A stretch of 64,000 nucleotides of DNA from Candidatus Woodwardiibium gallinarum (GCA_904419545.1 CAJFRY010000001.1:80922-144921); one strand, 5' to 3'; counted from the stretch's first letter, positions 1 to 10,388 are shown. Numbers and translations are program-made. Notes: a model not told the origin generated them from the sequence alone.

Positions 1-688
1 CGAGCTTGGCACTGTTGACCTTCAGACCCGGACCCATCGTCGATGCGATGACACAGGACTTGATATATTGGCCCTTCGCGCTGGCAGGCTTGGCTTTGAT
101 GATGGCACCGAGCAGCGTGTCGAAGTTCTCCGCCAGCTTATCCGCACCAAAGGAGACCTTGCCGACGGGGCAATGGATGATGTTGGTCTTGTCGAGTCTG
201 TACTCGATTTTGCCGGCCTTCGCATCGGCAACGGCTTTGGCAACGTCCATCGTGACGGTGCCGGCCTTCGGGTTCGGCATCAGGCCCTTCGGGCCGAGGA
301 TTTTACCCAGACGGCCGATCAGACCCATCATATCCGGTGTGGCAATGATGACATCGTAATCGAACCAGTTTTCCTTCTGGATTTTCTCTACCAGATCCTC
401 TGCGCCGACATAGTCGCTACCGGCCTCCTCGGCGGCCTTTGCCTTGTCGCCCTTGGCGAACACGAGGGTGCGTACCTTCTTACCGGTGCCGTTCGGCAGG
501 ACGACCGCGCCTCTGACCTGCTGGTCGGCGTGGCGGGAGTCGACGCCCAGACGCACATGCACTTCGATGGTTTCGTCAAACTTGGCCTTGGAAATCTGGC
601 AGGCGAGCGCCAGTGCCTCCTTGCTGTCGTAGAGCTTGTTCTTGTCTACCTGCGCGGCGGCCTCTTTGTAATTCTTTCCTCTTTTCAT
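1..688 (-). CDS. rplA: 50S ribosomal protein L1 (runs off the window start)
   Basis: ATG at 688 reads [21 protein letters not shown]...[26 protein letters not shown]; directly downstream of rplK; absent from ORF track because the stop is outside the window. Confidence 0.97.
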   Translation of the reverse strand, partial: MKRGKNYKEAAAQVDKNKLYDSKEALALACQISKAKFDETIEVHVRLGVDSRHADQQVRGAVVLPNGTGKKVRTLVFAKGDKAKAAEEAGSDYVGAEDLVEKIQKENWFDYDVIIATPDMMGLIGRLGKILGPKGLMPNPKAGTVTMDVAKAVADAKAGKIEYRLDKTNIIHCPVGKVSFGADKLAENFDTLLGAIIKAKPASAKGQYIKSCVIASTMGPGLKVNSAKL

Positions 689-703
689 GATTCGGCGCCC
701 TCC

Positions 704-1129
704 TTACTCAACAACTTCAACGCCCATGCTGCGGGCGGTGCCGGCGATCATGCGCATCGCGGACTCGATTGAGGATGCGTTCAGATCGGGCATTTTGGTC
801 TCAGCGATCTTTCTGACCTGCTCGGTGGTGATCTTCGCGACCTTGTTCTTGTTCGGCACGCCGGAGCCGGATTCGATCCCGCAGGCCTTTTTGATGAGGA
901 CGGCGGCGGGCGGCGTCTTGGTGATAAAGGAGAAGGAGTGGTCGGCATACACCGTGATAACAACGGGAATGATCATGCCGATGTCGTTCTTCGTGCGCTC
1001 GTTGAATTCTTTTGTAAATACGGGGATGGCAACACCGTGCTGACCGAGCGCGGGGCCGATCGGCGGCTGGGGAGTCGCCTTGCCGGCCGGGATCTGCAGC
1101 TTGATATAGCCTACAACTTTCTTTGCCAT
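704..1129 (-). CDS. rplK: 50S ribosomal protein L11
   Basis: [32 protein letters not shown]...GTARSMG. Confidence 0.99.
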   Translation of the reverse strand: MAKKVVGYIKLQIPAGKATPQPPIGPALGQHGVAIPVFTKEFNERTKNDIGMIIPVVITVYADHSFSFITKTPPAAVLIKKACGIESGSGVPNKNKVAKITTEQVRKIAETKMPDLNASSIESAMRMIAGTARSMGVEVVE

Positions 1130-1148
1130 GATTCAATACACCTCCGAA

Positions 1149-1186
1149 ATGTGGTAAAAAATTTTCGGGAGCAGTCTCCCTCCCAC
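1149..1186 (-). promoter_or_regulatory. L1-binding autoregulatory leader of rplK-rplA
   Basis: Minus strand GTGGGAG-GGAGACTGCTCCC-GAAAATTTTTT-ACCACAT just before the rplK RBS; matches the GUGGGAG...ACCAC L1 operator form. Confidence 0.8.
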
Positions 1187-1246
1187 AAGCCCGCACAGCG
1201 GCACGGGCCGAGCGCGCTTTTTCAGCGGCGCTCTTTCGTCAATCGC

Positions 1247-1783
1247 TCATTCGTCGAGCGGCTTGACCTGATACGAGTCCAATTCAACCTTCGTCTCTCT
1301 GCCGAACAGCGAGGCGGTGACGTTGACCTTCTTTTTGTCCTCCGAAATGGCATCGACGATGCCGATGAAGCCCGAAAGTGGTCCGTCGCAGATGCGCACG
1401 CTGTCGCCGACCGAGAAATGGATCTCGATGACTCTCACTTCCACACCGAGCGCTTCGACCTCGGCTTCGGTCAGCGGGACGGGACGCGAGCCGGGACCCA
1501 CAAAGCCGGTGACGCCGGTTGTATTGCGGATGATGTGCCAGCTTTCGTCGTTCATAACCATTTTGACGAGGACATAGCTCGGGAAGAGCTTGCGTTCGAT
1601 TTCCTTTTCTTCCTTCTCGGTTTTTTCCACGACCGTTTCCGTGGGGATGCGCACGTCGAATATCATATTCTGCAGTCCGCGGTTCTCCACGATCTTTTCG
1701 ATGTTGGTCGCAACCTTATTTTCATAACCCGAGTAGGTATGGATGACATACCACAGGGGCGTGGTCTCGTTCTGTAAGCTCAT
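1247..1783 (-). CDS. nusG: transcription elongation factor NusG
   Basis: WYVIHTYSGYENKV, LFPSYVLVKM, KOW domain GDSVRICDGPL, FGRETKVEL; alternative TTG start at 1792. Confidence 0.98.
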   Translation of the reverse strand: MSLQNETTPLWYVIHTYSGYENKVATNIEKIVENRGLQNMIFDVRIPTETVVEKTEKEEKEIERKLFPSYVLVKMVMNDESWHIIRNTTGVTGFVGPGSRPVPLTEAEVEALGVEVRVIEIHFSVGDSVRICDGPLSGFIGIVDAISEDKKKVNVTASLFGRETKVELDSYQVKPLDE

Positions 1784-1788
1784 ACGCT

Positions 1789-2022
1789 TCAAACGATCGC
1801 CGCGAGAAGCTCGACGACTTTATTGAAAGCAAAATCCATCACGCCGATCACGACGGCGACGGCGATCAGGCAAACCAAGACCACAGAGGTTTTCTTCACG
1901 GTCTCCTGCCGCGAAGGCCATACGATCTTCTTGCATTCGCTTTTGAGGTCCTTCAGGTACTTCGCGACGCGGCTTGGCTTTTTTTCTTTCTTTTCAGCCT
2001 GCGCGTTGTTCTCGTTTGCCAT
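1789..2022 (-). CDS. secE: preprotein translocase SecE
   Basis: ECKKIVWPSRQET motif plus one TM helix; between rpmG and nusG. Confidence 0.95.
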   Translation of the reverse strand: MANENNAQAEKKEKKPSRVAKYLKDLKSECKKIVWPSRQETVKKTSVVLVCLIAVAVVIGVMDFAFNKVVELLAAIV

Positions 2023-2045
2023 TGCGTTACCCCTTTTCTTTGAAT

Positions 2046-2195
2046 TTATTTGCTCTCCTTATGAAGCGTGTGCTTCCGGCAGAACTTGCAGTACTTTTTC
2101 ATCTCAAGCCTGTCCGGATCGTTTTTCTTGTTCTTGACCGTGTCATAGTTTCTCTGCTTGCATTCTCCGCAGACTAACGTGATCTTCACTCTCAT
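2046..2195 (-). CDS. rpmG: 50S ribosomal protein L33, Zn-binding form (49 aa, below ORF-track cutoff)
   Basis: Hand-translated [49 protein letters not shown]; GGAGG RBS. Confidence 0.97.
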   Translation of the reverse strand: MRVKITLVCGECKQRNYDTVKNKKNDPDRLEMKKYCKFCRKHTLHKESK

Positions 2196-2320
2196 TCAAA
2201 CGGCACCTCCATTATTGTTACCTCCCTCGGCGTAGCTGCATACCCGATTCGTGTGCGGCAAGGAAATCAAAAACCGCAAAAGGCGGGCGCAAAAACAAAA
2301 CCCCACGCAGAGGTAAATAC

Positions 2321-2349
2321 AGTATAAACCTTTTTTCGGTCTTTGTCAA
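2321..2349 (-). promoter_or_regulatory. sigma-A promoter of the rpmG operon
   Basis: TTGACA-17-TATACT on minus strand. Confidence 0.8.
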
Positions 2350-2386
2350 TAGATTATTTTGCAAAACAACCGTTGAAAACACCTTT

Positions 2387-3160
2387 TTATGTCAAATTTT
2401 CATTCATTGCCCGGACGAACGCTTCAGGCTTGGCCGTAAGCTGCACCCACGCCGGACGGAACCCGCTGCGGATGGCGTTGCGCGCGGATTTGACATTCGA
2501 CCACGCGCAGCAGTAGAAAGGAATTTTCCCCAACTCCAGCACGCGGAACGCGAGCATACTCGTCAGTGCTGAAGCGATCCCTGTGCGGCGGTAAGCGGGC
2601 AGGACGTCGATGCCGATTTGCCACATCCCCTCACAGTCGGCCGAACAGCCCGCCAGACCGACAAGCGTATCTCCGTCGTAGGCGCCGACCGCGAGCACGT
2701 CCAGTTCGCGCCGTTTTTCACAGAGCGCGTTGCTCCATTGCGGCAGGTAAAGTCCCGCAAAATCGGACGGCGTCAGGAACCGGGTCGCCAGCCCGCAGGA
2801 CAGCGGACGCAGGTCGGCGCGGGGCAGGAAGTATTCCGCCATAAAGCAGACGCGCAGGCCGAATGGTGCGAGAAGGTCCGCCAGCACCAGAAGGTTCGGT
2901 GTTTCGAAGCAGTGCTCGGCGGGGTAGCGGTCGATGTACCCGCGCACCGGCTCGGTCAGAGGCCCGGCGACTGACGCGACGATGCCGTTGCCGTAGCAGG
3001 TCAGATCGCAGTCGAAGGGCAGCTCGAGATAACGCCGCGCCCGCGGGTCGGCACGCGAGACGACCACGGTGTTGGCGGGGGAGAGGAAGTCCGAAGCGCT
3101 GCACCCGCAGTCGATTGCCGACTGCTCGAGCGCTATATGCAGGATTTCGCCGTCGGTCAT
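2387..3160 (-). CDS. GNAT-family N-acetyltransferase
   Basis: C-terminal WQIGIDVLPAYRRTGIASAL acetyl-CoA motif, YCCAWSNVKS; ATG overlaps rpiB stop (ATGA). Confidence 0.85.
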   Translation of the reverse strand: MTDGEILHIALEQSAIDCGCSASDFLSPANTVVVSRADPRARRYLELPFDCDLTCYGNGIVASVAGPLTEPVRGYIDRYPAEHCFETPNLLVLADLLAPFGLRVCFMAEYFLPRADLRPLSCGLATRFLTPSDFAGLYLPQWSNALCEKRRELDVLAVGAYDGDTLVGLAGCSADCEGMWQIGIDVLPAYRRTGIASALTSMLAFRVLELGKIPFYCCAWSNVKSARNAIRSGFRPAWVQLTAKPEAFVRAMNENLT

Positions 3161-3582
3161 TTTTCCAGCATAGCGACGCGCTTGGCGTGACGTCCGCCCT
3201 CGAAGGGCGTGGAGAGGAAGATGCGCGCAAGCTCGACGGCCTTTTTGCAATCGATCACGCGGCCGCCGAGGCAGAGGACGTTGGCGTCGTTGTGCCGGCG
3301 CGTCATCTCGGCGGAAAAGGCGTCCGACAGCACTGCGGCGCGTATGCCGCGCTGCTTGTTGGCGGCGATGCTCATCCCGATGCCCGTTCCGCAGCAGAGG
3401 ATGCCCAGCTCGGCGCGTCCCGACGTGATTTCGTCGCAGACGGCCTTGGCGTAAACAGGGTAGTCTACCGATTCCTCGGTATATGTGCCGACGTCTTTGT
3501 ATTCGACGCCGCGTGCTTTCAGATCGGCGGCAATGGCGTTTTTAATTGCCAGCCCGCCATGGTCGCATCCCAGAACAATCAT
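3157..3582 (-). CDS. rpiB: ribose-5-phosphate isomerase B
   Basis: GCDHGG, CGTGIGMSIAANK, HNDANVLCLG, FEGGRH. Confidence 0.96.
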   Translation of the reverse strand: MIVLGCDHGGLAIKNAIAADLKARGVEYKDVGTYTEESVDYPVYAKAVCDEITSGRAELGILCCGTGIGMSIAANKQRGIRAAVLSDAFSAEMTRRHNDANVLCLGGRVIDCKKAVELARIFLSTPFEGGRHAKRVAMLEK

Positions 3583-4283
3583 TTTGCAGAGTCTCCTTTG
3601 CTCAGTCTTTCTTCTCTTTCCCGCTCGGGCTGCGGCTTGCGCAGATAGACCGGCGAGAGCTTGTCCGGCGTGACGGCCTGTCCGAGTGTCATCAGCCGGT
3701 GGCCGCAGAGCGCGACCGAGAGTGCGTTCTGTTCGCGGGCGCATGCGGGTGCAAGCCGCAGGTTCGGCATCGCCGCACGCTCGCAAAACAGTTCTGCGCC
3801 GTCACCGCAGATAAGAACGGGGCCGTCCGCCAGCTCGGCGCACAGCGTCTCGGTGCCGACGGCACGGTCGGAGCAAAGACGTTCACCGTCCTGAAACAGC
3901 GCATTGTAATACTGACCGCGCCGCGCGTCCATTACCGCGCAGACGACGCCGGGAAAAGCCTCATGTGCCTTTGCGAGCGCTTCGAGCGGCGAAACGGCCG
4001 CGCAGGGCGTATGATTGGCGAAGGCGAACCCCTTGACCAGCGAAACGCCGATGCGGACGCCGGTGAACGAGCCGGGGCCGGCCGAAACGGCGAACAGTCC
4101 GACTTCGTCCATCCGCTTGCCGAGCAGCCTCATCACGCCGTCGGCGATCGGCAGCAGCGTTTCGCTGTGTGTCAGCCCGTTTTTGGAGGTCGTCAGCGCA
4201 TAGGTGACAAGCTTGTCGTTTTCAAAGATGCAGGCGGCCGCCGTCGCGCAGACGGCGGTGGAATCGATGGCCAGAACGATCAT
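3579..4283 (-). CDS. tsaB: t6A biosynthesis protein TsaB
   Basis: LAIDST, HSETL, GPGSFTGVRIG, DARR, PVYLRKPQPERE. Confidence 0.95.
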   Translation of the reverse strand: MIVLAIDSTAVCATAAACIFENDKLVTYALTTSKNGLTHSETLLPIADGVMRLLGKRMDEVGLFAVSAGPGSFTGVRIGVSLVKGFAFANHTPCAAVSPLEALAKAHEAFPGVVCAVMDARRGQYYNALFQDGERLCSDRAVGTETLCAELADGPVLICGDGAELFCERAAMPNLRLAPACAREQNALSVALCGHRLMTLGQAVTPDKLSPVYLRKPQPEREREERLSKGDSAK

Positions 4284-4738
4284 ACGTTTTCCTCCCCTTC
4301 GTATTCATATCGGATGCACCGCGCGCTTTCGCCTTCGCCGTGCAATCGCTCGATGGTCACCCGCTTGGCGTCCTTCGGCAGTACGTCGGGGAACAGCTCG
4401 CTCCACTCCGAGACGACCACGCAGTCGCCGCCGATGCAGTCGAAGAAACCGGTGGAGTAGAGGTCGTCCTCATCCTGTATGCGGTAGAGGTCAAAGTGAT
4501 AGACGGTATTGTCGGCGCCCCTGTATTCGTTGACGATGGCAAAGGTCGGGCTGTGGACGAGCGGCAGGCATTCGGGTACAAGCGCGCCGACCAGTCCGCG
4601 GGTGAACGCGGTTTTTCCCGCGCCCATTTCCCCGAAGAGCGCGATGTAGTCGCCGCGCTTCACATCGGCTGCGATTTCGGCTGCAATGCGCTCGGTTTCG
4701 GCCGGGGAAGCGGAAAGATATAGCTTCTGTTGCGTCAT
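4280..4738 (-). CDS. tsaE: t6A biosynthesis ATPase TsaE
   Basis: GEMGAGKT, SPTFAIVNEY, HFDLYRI, EW. Confidence 0.96.
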   Translation of the reverse strand: MTQQKLYLSASPAETERIAAEIAADVKRGDYIALFGEMGAGKTAFTRGLVGALVPECLPLVHSPTFAIVNEYRGADNTVYHFDLYRIQDEDDLYSTGFFDCIGGDCVVVSEWSELFPDVLPKDAKRVTIERLHGEGESARCIRYEYEGEENV

Positions 4739-4754
4739 GATTATTTCACGTTCC

Positions 4755-6434
4755 TTAGAAAATACCGGTGATCGCACCGTTTTCGTCCACGTCGATGCGC
4801 AGCGCCGCCGGACTGGCGGGCAGCCCGGGCATCGTCAGGATCGGACCGGCCAGCGCCACGACAAAGCCCGCGCCTGCCGAGACGCGAGATTCGCGGATCG
4901 TGATGCGGTGGCCCGACGGACAGCCCAGCAGCGCCGGGTCGTCCGAGAGGGAATACTGCGTCTTTGCAATGCAGACCGGCAGGCGGCCGTAGCCGTTTTC
5001 TTCGGCTTCGCACAGCGCCCTCTCCGCCGCAGGCGTGAAGTCCACGCCCTCTGCGCGGTAGATGCGGCGGGCGACAGTCTCGATTTTTTCGGCGAGCGAA
5101 AGCTCGTCCCCGTACAGCGGCGCGAAGGCAGAGGGCGTCTCGCACAGACGGCAGACCTCCTCGGCCAGCGCCGTCGCGCCTGTGCCCCCCTCGGCAAACG
5201 CCTTGGAGACGCGCGCTTTCACGCCCATCGAGGCGCAGAATTCGGTCAGAAACGCGATTTCCGCGTCGGTATCGGTGTGGAAATGGTTGATCGCCACCGC
5301 CAGCGGTACGCCGTAGAGTCTGAGATTCTCAATGTGCGCTTTCAGATTGGAGACGCCGCGCGCGAGAGCTTCGAGATTCTCCTCATTCAGCCTGTCCTTG
5401 GGTACGCCGCCGTTGTATTTCAGCGCGCGCACCGTCGCCACGAGCACGACCGCGTCGGGATGCAGCCCGGCCGCGCGGCACTTGATGTCGAAGAATTTCT
5501 CCGCGCCCAGATCGGCGCCGAAACCCGCCTCGGTGATGCAGTAGTCGGCCAGCTTCATTGCCGTACGCGTGGCGATAATCGAATTGCAGCCGTGTGCGAT
5601 GTTGGCAAACGGCCCGCCGTGGATCACGCAGGGCGTGTTTTCCACCGTCTGCACGAGGTTGGGCTTGACTGCATCCTTAAGCAGTGCGCACATCGCGCCC
5701 TGCACGCCGAGGTCGCGGCAGAATACGGGCTTTCCTTCATAATTATATGCGACGATCATCCGTCCCAGCCGCTCGCGCAGGTCGGACAGCGAATCGGCAA
5801 GGCAGAGAATCGCCATAACCTCCGTCGCCACGGTGATCATGAAACTTTCCTCGCGCACCACGCCGTCGGACTTGGGTCCGAGGCCGACGACAGTTCCGCG
5901 CAGCGCCCGGTCGTTCATATCCACGCAGCGCTTATGTACGATGCGCTTGGGGTCGATGCGCAGCGCGTTCCCCTGGTGCAGGTGGTTGTCCAGAACCGCC
6001 GAAAGCAGGTTATTGGCCGAAGTGATGGCGTGGAAATCGCCGGTGAAGTGCAGATTGATTTCGTCCATCGGTACGACCTGCGAATAGCCGCCGCCCGCCG
6101 CGCCGCCCTTGACGCCGAATACCGGACCGAGCGACGGCTCGCGCAGGGCGATGACCGCCTTTTTGCCGATGTGGTTCATCGCCTGTCCCAATCCGATCGT
6201 GGTTGTCGTTTTACCTTCACCGGCCGGTGTGGGTGAGATGGCGGTGACAAGAACGAGCTTTGCGTCGCGGTTGGCAGAAAGTCTTGCCATCGCTTCGGCA
6301 GTGATCTTGGCTTTATATTTTCCGTAGGGTTCGATGTCGTCCGCCGTCAGTCCGAGTCGTGCGGCAATTTCCGTGATTGGTTTTTTGTCGGCCTCAGCGG
6401 CGATCTCCACGTCGCTCTTGAAGGTTTCACTCAT
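4755..6434 (-). CDS. fhs: formate-tetrahydrofolate ligase
   Basis: [51 protein letters not shown]; start chosen from AAGGAG RBS spacing. Confidence 0.98.
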   Translation of the reverse strand: MSETFKSDVEIAAEADKKPITEIAARLGLTADDIEPYGKYKAKITAEAMARLSANRDAKLVLVTAISPTPAGEGKTTTTIGLGQAMNHIGKKAVIALREPSLGPVFGVKGGAAGGGYSQVVPMDEINLHFTGDFHAITSANNLLSAVLDNHLHQGNALRIDPKRIVHKRCVDMNDRALRGTVVGLGPKSDGVVREESFMITVATEVMAILCLADSLSDLRERLGRMIVAYNYEGKPVFCRDLGVQGAMCALLKDAVKPNLVQTVENTPCVIHGGPFANIAHGCNSIIATRTAMKLADYCITEAGFGADLGAEKFFDIKCRAAGLHPDAVVLVATVRALKYNGGVPKDRLNEENLEALARGVSNLKAHIENLRLYGVPLAVAINHFHTDTDAEIAFLTEFCASMGVKARVSKAFAEGGTGATALAEEVCRLCETPSAFAPLYGDELSLAEKIETVARRIYRAEGVDFTPAAERALCEAEENGYGRLPVCIAKTQYSLSDDPALLGCPSGHRITIRESRVSAGAGFVVALAGPILTMPGLPASPAALRIDVDENGAITGIF

Positions 6435-6453
6435 CGCGGGCATCTCCTTTATT

Positions 6454-7761
6454 TCAACAAATCGTTTTATAAATCGTTTTTGTCGGCTGCGGTTTTTTGT
6501 CCTGCAGGCGGAAGGCGTCCGCAAGCAGCGCTTCTGCCTCATCCAGCCGTTCGATACTGTCGGCAAACAGGGTGGCCAGCGCTCCTCCGCTTCGCACATA
6601 TTCGCCCCGTACACGTTCGAGCAGGATGCCTGCGGCATGATCGATCGGCGCGTCCTTGCTGCTGCGGCCGGCGCCCAGCGCGCACGCGGCACGCCCGACA
6701 GCCAGCGCGTCGGTCGCGGCCACCCAGCCGTCGGACGGTGCATAAAGGGTGCGTCGGACCTGGCTTTGCGGAAAACGGACGGGATTGCGGATATACGCGG
6801 GGTCGCCGCCCTGCGCTTCCACCATTTCGGCCAGCTTTTCCAGCCCGCGGCCGCTGCGGAGCGCGGAAGAAATCCTGTCTGCGCAGACGGTGCGGCTGTC
6901 GGCTCCGGCGGCAAACAGCATCTCCGTCGCGAGGGCCGCGGAAAGCTCGGCCAGCGGCCCGCCCGCGCGGCCGGACAGCACGGCGCAGGCCTCCTGCACC
7001 TCCAGAGCATTGCCGACGGCGCGGCCAAGGGGAACATGCATATCGGTAATCAGTGCCGAAACGCGCTTCCCCAGCCGCTTGCCGATGTCGGCCATACGAA
7101 GCGCGAGCGACTCGGCTTCTTCGGCGGTCTTCATAAACGCGCCCGAGCCGTATTTGACGTCCAGTACGATCACGTCGCTGCCGCCCGCGAGCTTCTTGCT
7201 CATCACCGACGCGGCGATGAGCGGCGCGCTGTCGACCGTCGCGGTCACGTCGCGCAGCGCGTAGAGCCGCTTGTCGGCGGGGACGAGCGACTTGGTCTGC
7301 CCGGCGACGCAGACGCCGACGCGGTTGACGATTCCGATAAACGTATCGGCATCCAGGTCGGTGCGCAGCCCCGGAATGCTTTCCAGCTTATCGATTGTTC
7401 CGCCAGTAAAGCCCAGACCGCGTCCGGACAGCTTGGCTACCCGTACGCCGCAGTCGGCCGCAGCGACCAGCGGGCAGGCGATCAGTGTCGTCTTATCGCC
7501 GATGCCGCCCGTGCTGTGCTTATCGGCCTTGGTCCCGTTGACGGCGGAAAGGTCTACCGTCTCACCGCTATGCGCCATACAGGCGGTGAATTGCGCGGTT
7601 TCTTCGTCGGACATCCCCGTAAAGCAGACGGCCATCAGGAACGCCGCAAGCTGGTAGTCGGGGATCGTCCCGTCCGCCGCGCCGCGGACGATATACTCGA
7701 TTTCGGCGTTGTCCAGCGCATCCCCGTGCTTCTTTTTCTCGATGAGCGCGACCATATTCAT
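6454..7761 (-). CDS. pdp: pyrimidine-nucleoside (thymidine) phosphorylase
   Basis: [47 protein letters not shown]. Confidence 0.96.
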   Translation of the reverse strand: MNMVALIEKKKHGDALDNAEIEYIVRGAADGTIPDYQLAAFLMAVCFTGMSDEETAQFTACMAHSGETVDLSAVNGTKADKHSTGGIGDKTTLIACPLVAAADCGVRVAKLSGRGLGFTGGTIDKLESIPGLRTDLDADTFIGIVNRVGVCVAGQTKSLVPADKRLYALRDVTATVDSAPLIAASVMSKKLAGGSDVIVLDVKYGSGAFMKTAEEAESLALRMADIGKRLGKRVSALITDMHVPLGRAVGNALEVQEACAVLSGRAGGPLAELSAALATEMLFAAGADSRTVCADRISSALRSGRGLEKLAEMVEAQGGDPAYIRNPVRFPQSQVRRTLYAPSDGWVAATDALAVGRAACALGAGRSSKDAPIDHAAGILLERVRGEYVRSGGALATLFADSIERLDEAEALLADAFRLQDKKPQPTKTIYKTIC

Positions 7762-8153
7762 TCTGTCCCACCTCCTAAGCGAAAGGCGTGCGGCAGCAGC
7801 TCGCCGAGCGTGTAGGTTTCCTGCCGCCCCGGGGCGGTGCAGAGAATTTTCAAATCGCTGCCGCAGAATTCCGAGAGTGTCTGTAAGCATACGGCACAGG
7901 GACAAAACGCTTCGCAGGAATCCGGCGTATGGACGGCCAGCGCCGTAAAGTGCCGCTTCCCGGCCGAAACGGCCGCGAAAAGCGCGCTGCGCTCGGCGCA
8001 GACCGTCGCGGAATAGGAGGCGTTTTCGACGTTGCAGCCGCAGAAAACCGTGCCGTCCGCACATAAAAGCGCGGCGCCGACGGCGAAATGCGAGTAGGGC
8101 GCATAGGCGTTCTTTGCCGCTTGTGCGGCTTTTGCAGTCAGTTCTTCGTACAT
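7758..8153 (-). CDS. cdd: cytidine deaminase
   Basis: YAPYSHFAVGAAL, NVENASY, CAERSA, PCAVC zinc motifs. Confidence 0.96.
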   Translation of the reverse strand: MYEELTAKAAQAAKNAYAPYSHFAVGAALLCADGTVFCGCNVENASYSATVCAERSALFAAVSAGKRHFTALAVHTPDSCEAFCPCAVCLQTLSEFCGSDLKILCTAPGRQETYTLGELLPHAFRLGGGTE

Positions 8154-9307
8154 AACGGCAAAAGATCCTTTCCGGCGCCGACAGGCGGGATGCCCAGCGC
8201 GGCGCACACGGTGGCGGCGACGCAGTCAAAGCCCTTGAAGACGCCCAGCGGCACGCCGTCGCGGATGCCGTTCCCCAGCAGGAGCAGCGGCACGTATTCG
8301 CGCGAATGGTCGGTGCTCGGCGTGGACGGGTCGCAGCCATGGTCGGCGGTAATCAACAGCAGGTCGTCCTCGCGCAGACGCGAAAAGAGGGAGGGGAGCT
8401 GCACGTCAAAGCGATTGAGCGCCTCGGCGTAGCCGCGCACATCGTTGCGGTGGCCGTACAGCATATCGAAATCCACCAGATTGACAAAGCAAAGCCCCGT
8501 AAAATCCGCTTCCATACAGGACAGAAGACGGCCGACGCCGTCGTCGTTGTCCCTGGTCGGATAGGAGGCCGTCACCGAGCGGCCGGCAAAAATGTCGCTG
8601 ATCTTGCCGATGCCGGTCACGGTCATCCCCGCCTCGGTGACGGCGTCGAGCAGGGTACGGCCCGACGGCTCGAGCGAGAAGTCGTGCCGGCCCGCCGTGC
8701 GGTAAAAAGAACCGGGTTCGCCCGCGAACGGGCGCGCGATCACGCGGCCGACGGCGTTCTCGCCCGTCAGCAGGTCGCGTGCCGTGCGGCAGTCGCGGTA
8801 GAGCGTTTCGACGGGGACGACAGCTTCATGCGCCGCTACCTGAAACACGCTGTCCGCCGAGGTGTAGACGATGTATTTTCCGGTGCGCATATGCTCTTCA
8901 CCGTAATCGCGTATGACTTCCGTGCCCGAATAGGGACGGTTGCAGAGCACGCCGCGCCCCACGGCGGCCGAAAAGGCCTCCAGCAGCGCGGGCGGGAAGC
9001 CGTCGGGAAAAGTCGGGAACGCGCGCGCGGACACCAGCCCCGCCAGTTCCCAATGGCCGGTGGTCGTGTCCTTGCCGGCGGATTTTTCACGCAGCACCGC
9101 GCGGCTGCCCTGCGTGCCGCCGGGAAGCGGGCTGCGCAGCGTCGGCAGGGAAAACAGGCCGGCGCGCTGCAAATGCGGACAGCTCAGGAAGCCGCTGCCG
9201 ATCAGCGCGTCCAGCGTGCTTGAGCCCTCGTCGCCGTAGGCGGCGGCGTCCGGCGCTTCACCGGCGCCGAGGGAATCCAATACGATTAAAAATACGCGTT
9301 TGTACAT
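8138..9307 (-). CDS. deoB: phosphopentomutase
   Basis: LIVLDSLGAG, GKDTTTGHWE, YTSADSVFQ, NLVDFDMLYGHRND, TADHGCDP. Confidence 0.97.
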   Translation of the reverse strand: MYKRVFLIVLDSLGAGEAPDAAAYGDEGSSTLDALIGSGFLSCPHLQRAGLFSLPTLRSPLPGGTQGSRAVLREKSAGKDTTTGHWELAGLVSARAFPTFPDGFPPALLEAFSAAVGRGVLCNRPYSGTEVIRDYGEEHMRTGKYIVYTSADSVFQVAAHEAVVPVETLYRDCRTARDLLTGENAVGRVIARPFAGEPGSFYRTAGRHDFSLEPSGRTLLDAVTEAGMTVTGIGKISDIFAGRSVTASYPTRDNDDGVGRLLSCMEADFTGLCFVNLVDFDMLYGHRNDVRGYAEALNRFDVQLPSLFSRLREDDLLLITADHGCDPSTPSTDHSREYVPLLLLGNGIRDGVPLGVFKGFDCVAATVCAALGIPPVGAGKDLLPLCTKN

Positions 9308-9373
9308 TCGTCGCTCCGTCCTTTCGGGCGTTTCCCGCGTTTTCGCGAGGGTTTCATTTCCTGTTTTCTTATT

Positions 9374-9402
9374 ATTGTACATAAATTGCCGTGAAAAGTC
9401 AA
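9374..9402 (-). promoter_or_regulatory. sigma-A promoter of the deoB operon
   Basis: TTGACT-17-TACAAT on minus strand. Confidence 0.7.
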
Positions 9403-9656
9403 GTAAACGTGCCCGTTCAGCCGATATTTTTCAATCGGCGCCGCCGAGAGACCGCCGGACGTCACAGCAACCACAGCGTACCCGCCCAGCTTTTCTCTGG
9501 AAGTGCAAACATTGAAGTGCGCCTGCCGCTGCCGTTCCCGTGTCGGCGCACATAGTTCGGAAGAAGATGCTGAACAGTATCCTGACCTGTTCTGGGCGTA
9601 ATGCACAAACAAACGAAATGAAATGTGTGATTTTTCACAAAAATGGAAAAAGGAAC

Positions 9657-9685
9657 TTGACAAAAAATAGAAACAAGTATAAAAT
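9657..9685 (+). promoter_or_regulatory. sigma-A promoter of island operon 1
   Basis: TTGACA-17-TAAAAT with A-rich upstream sequence. Confidence 0.75.
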
Positions 9686-9720
9686 AAAAACGTAATAAAC
9701 GAAGGATTGGAGAGAGGATT

Positions 9721-9810
9721 ATGAAAAGATGCTGTTTTGCAGCCGTGGTTGGCTGCGCGGGGCGTCTTTTGACTTGGCATCCGCTGCTTTTGAGCCAAAA
9801 AGGCGCATAA
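9721..9810 (+). CDS. putative 29-aa leader peptide (uORF)
   Basis: GGAG 8 nt before ATG; MKRCCFAAVVGCAGRLLTWHPLLLSQKGA*; stop lies in the 5' arm of a terminator hairpin. Confidence 0.5.
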   Translation: MKRCCFAAVVGCAGRLLTWHPLLLSQKGA

Positions 9811-9851
9811 GCCCGTACATTTTAGGTACAGGATTATGCGCCTTTTGCTTT
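9798..9851 (+). terminator. leader (attenuator) terminator
   Basis: Perfect 13-bp arms AAAAGGCGCATAA (9798-9810) / TTATGCGCCTTTT (9834-9846), then GCTTT; upstream of the first gene. Confidence 0.7.
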
Positions 9852-9893
9852 GTGTGTCGGGAACCGAATCAAAAGAAAGCGAGGATTGGAAAA

Positions 9894-10355
9894 ATGCTTG
9901 TCAAGAAATTGTTTTGCGGCCTGTTTGTGGCGTTGACGATCGTAACGCTGTTCGCGGCTTCCGCCTTGGCGACGGAACCCTCCGGCGATTGGTCGGTGGA
10001 TTGGGAAACCTCATATATGAATCTGAAAAATCAAGATCACCATGCAAACTTTACACCTGTGCAGGTCTATTATAATTACGGAAGCTGGTTCCATGATGCA
10101 TGGGTCTCGACAGAGGTCAGCGTGCCTGCAAACGGATACGGATACGCATTTGCGGAAATCAAGGATACAAACGGCCAATTGCGAGCCGGCGACATCGATT
10201 CGAATAACAATGGCGCAGATTTTGATAATGGCTGGATGAAATTGAAAGCCGTTTACGGCACGGTAAACGGAGCGCAGTATGTGCGGTTTGCCGGCAAGCA
10301 GATTGTGGGCAGTTATAGATTTGAAAAGAAAATAAGATGGGAAAATAACGTCTGA
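9894..10355 (+). CDS. secreted hypothetical protein (153 aa), possible bacteriocin-like cargo of the adjacent ABC system
   Basis: Sec signal MLVKKLFCGLFVALTIVTLFAASALA/TEP; mature part rich in G/N/W/Y; GAGG RBS. Confidence 0.75.
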   Translation: MLVKKLFCGLFVALTIVTLFAASALATEPSGDWSVDWETSYMNLKNQDHHANFTPVQVYYNYGSWFHDAWVSTEVSVPANGYGYAFAEIKDTNGQLRAGDIDSNNNGADFDNGWMKLKAVYGTVNGAQYVRFAGKQIVGSYRFEKKIRWENNV

Positions 10356-10388
10356 TATGATATACGGAAAGGGGCGGCGATTGGGCAA

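Noticed and set aside
9729-9893. N-terminal extension of the secreted protein, or an AgrD-like frame (ASAAFEPKRR)
   Set aside because: Signal peptide and RBS place the start at 9894; the extension crosses the terminator hairpin.
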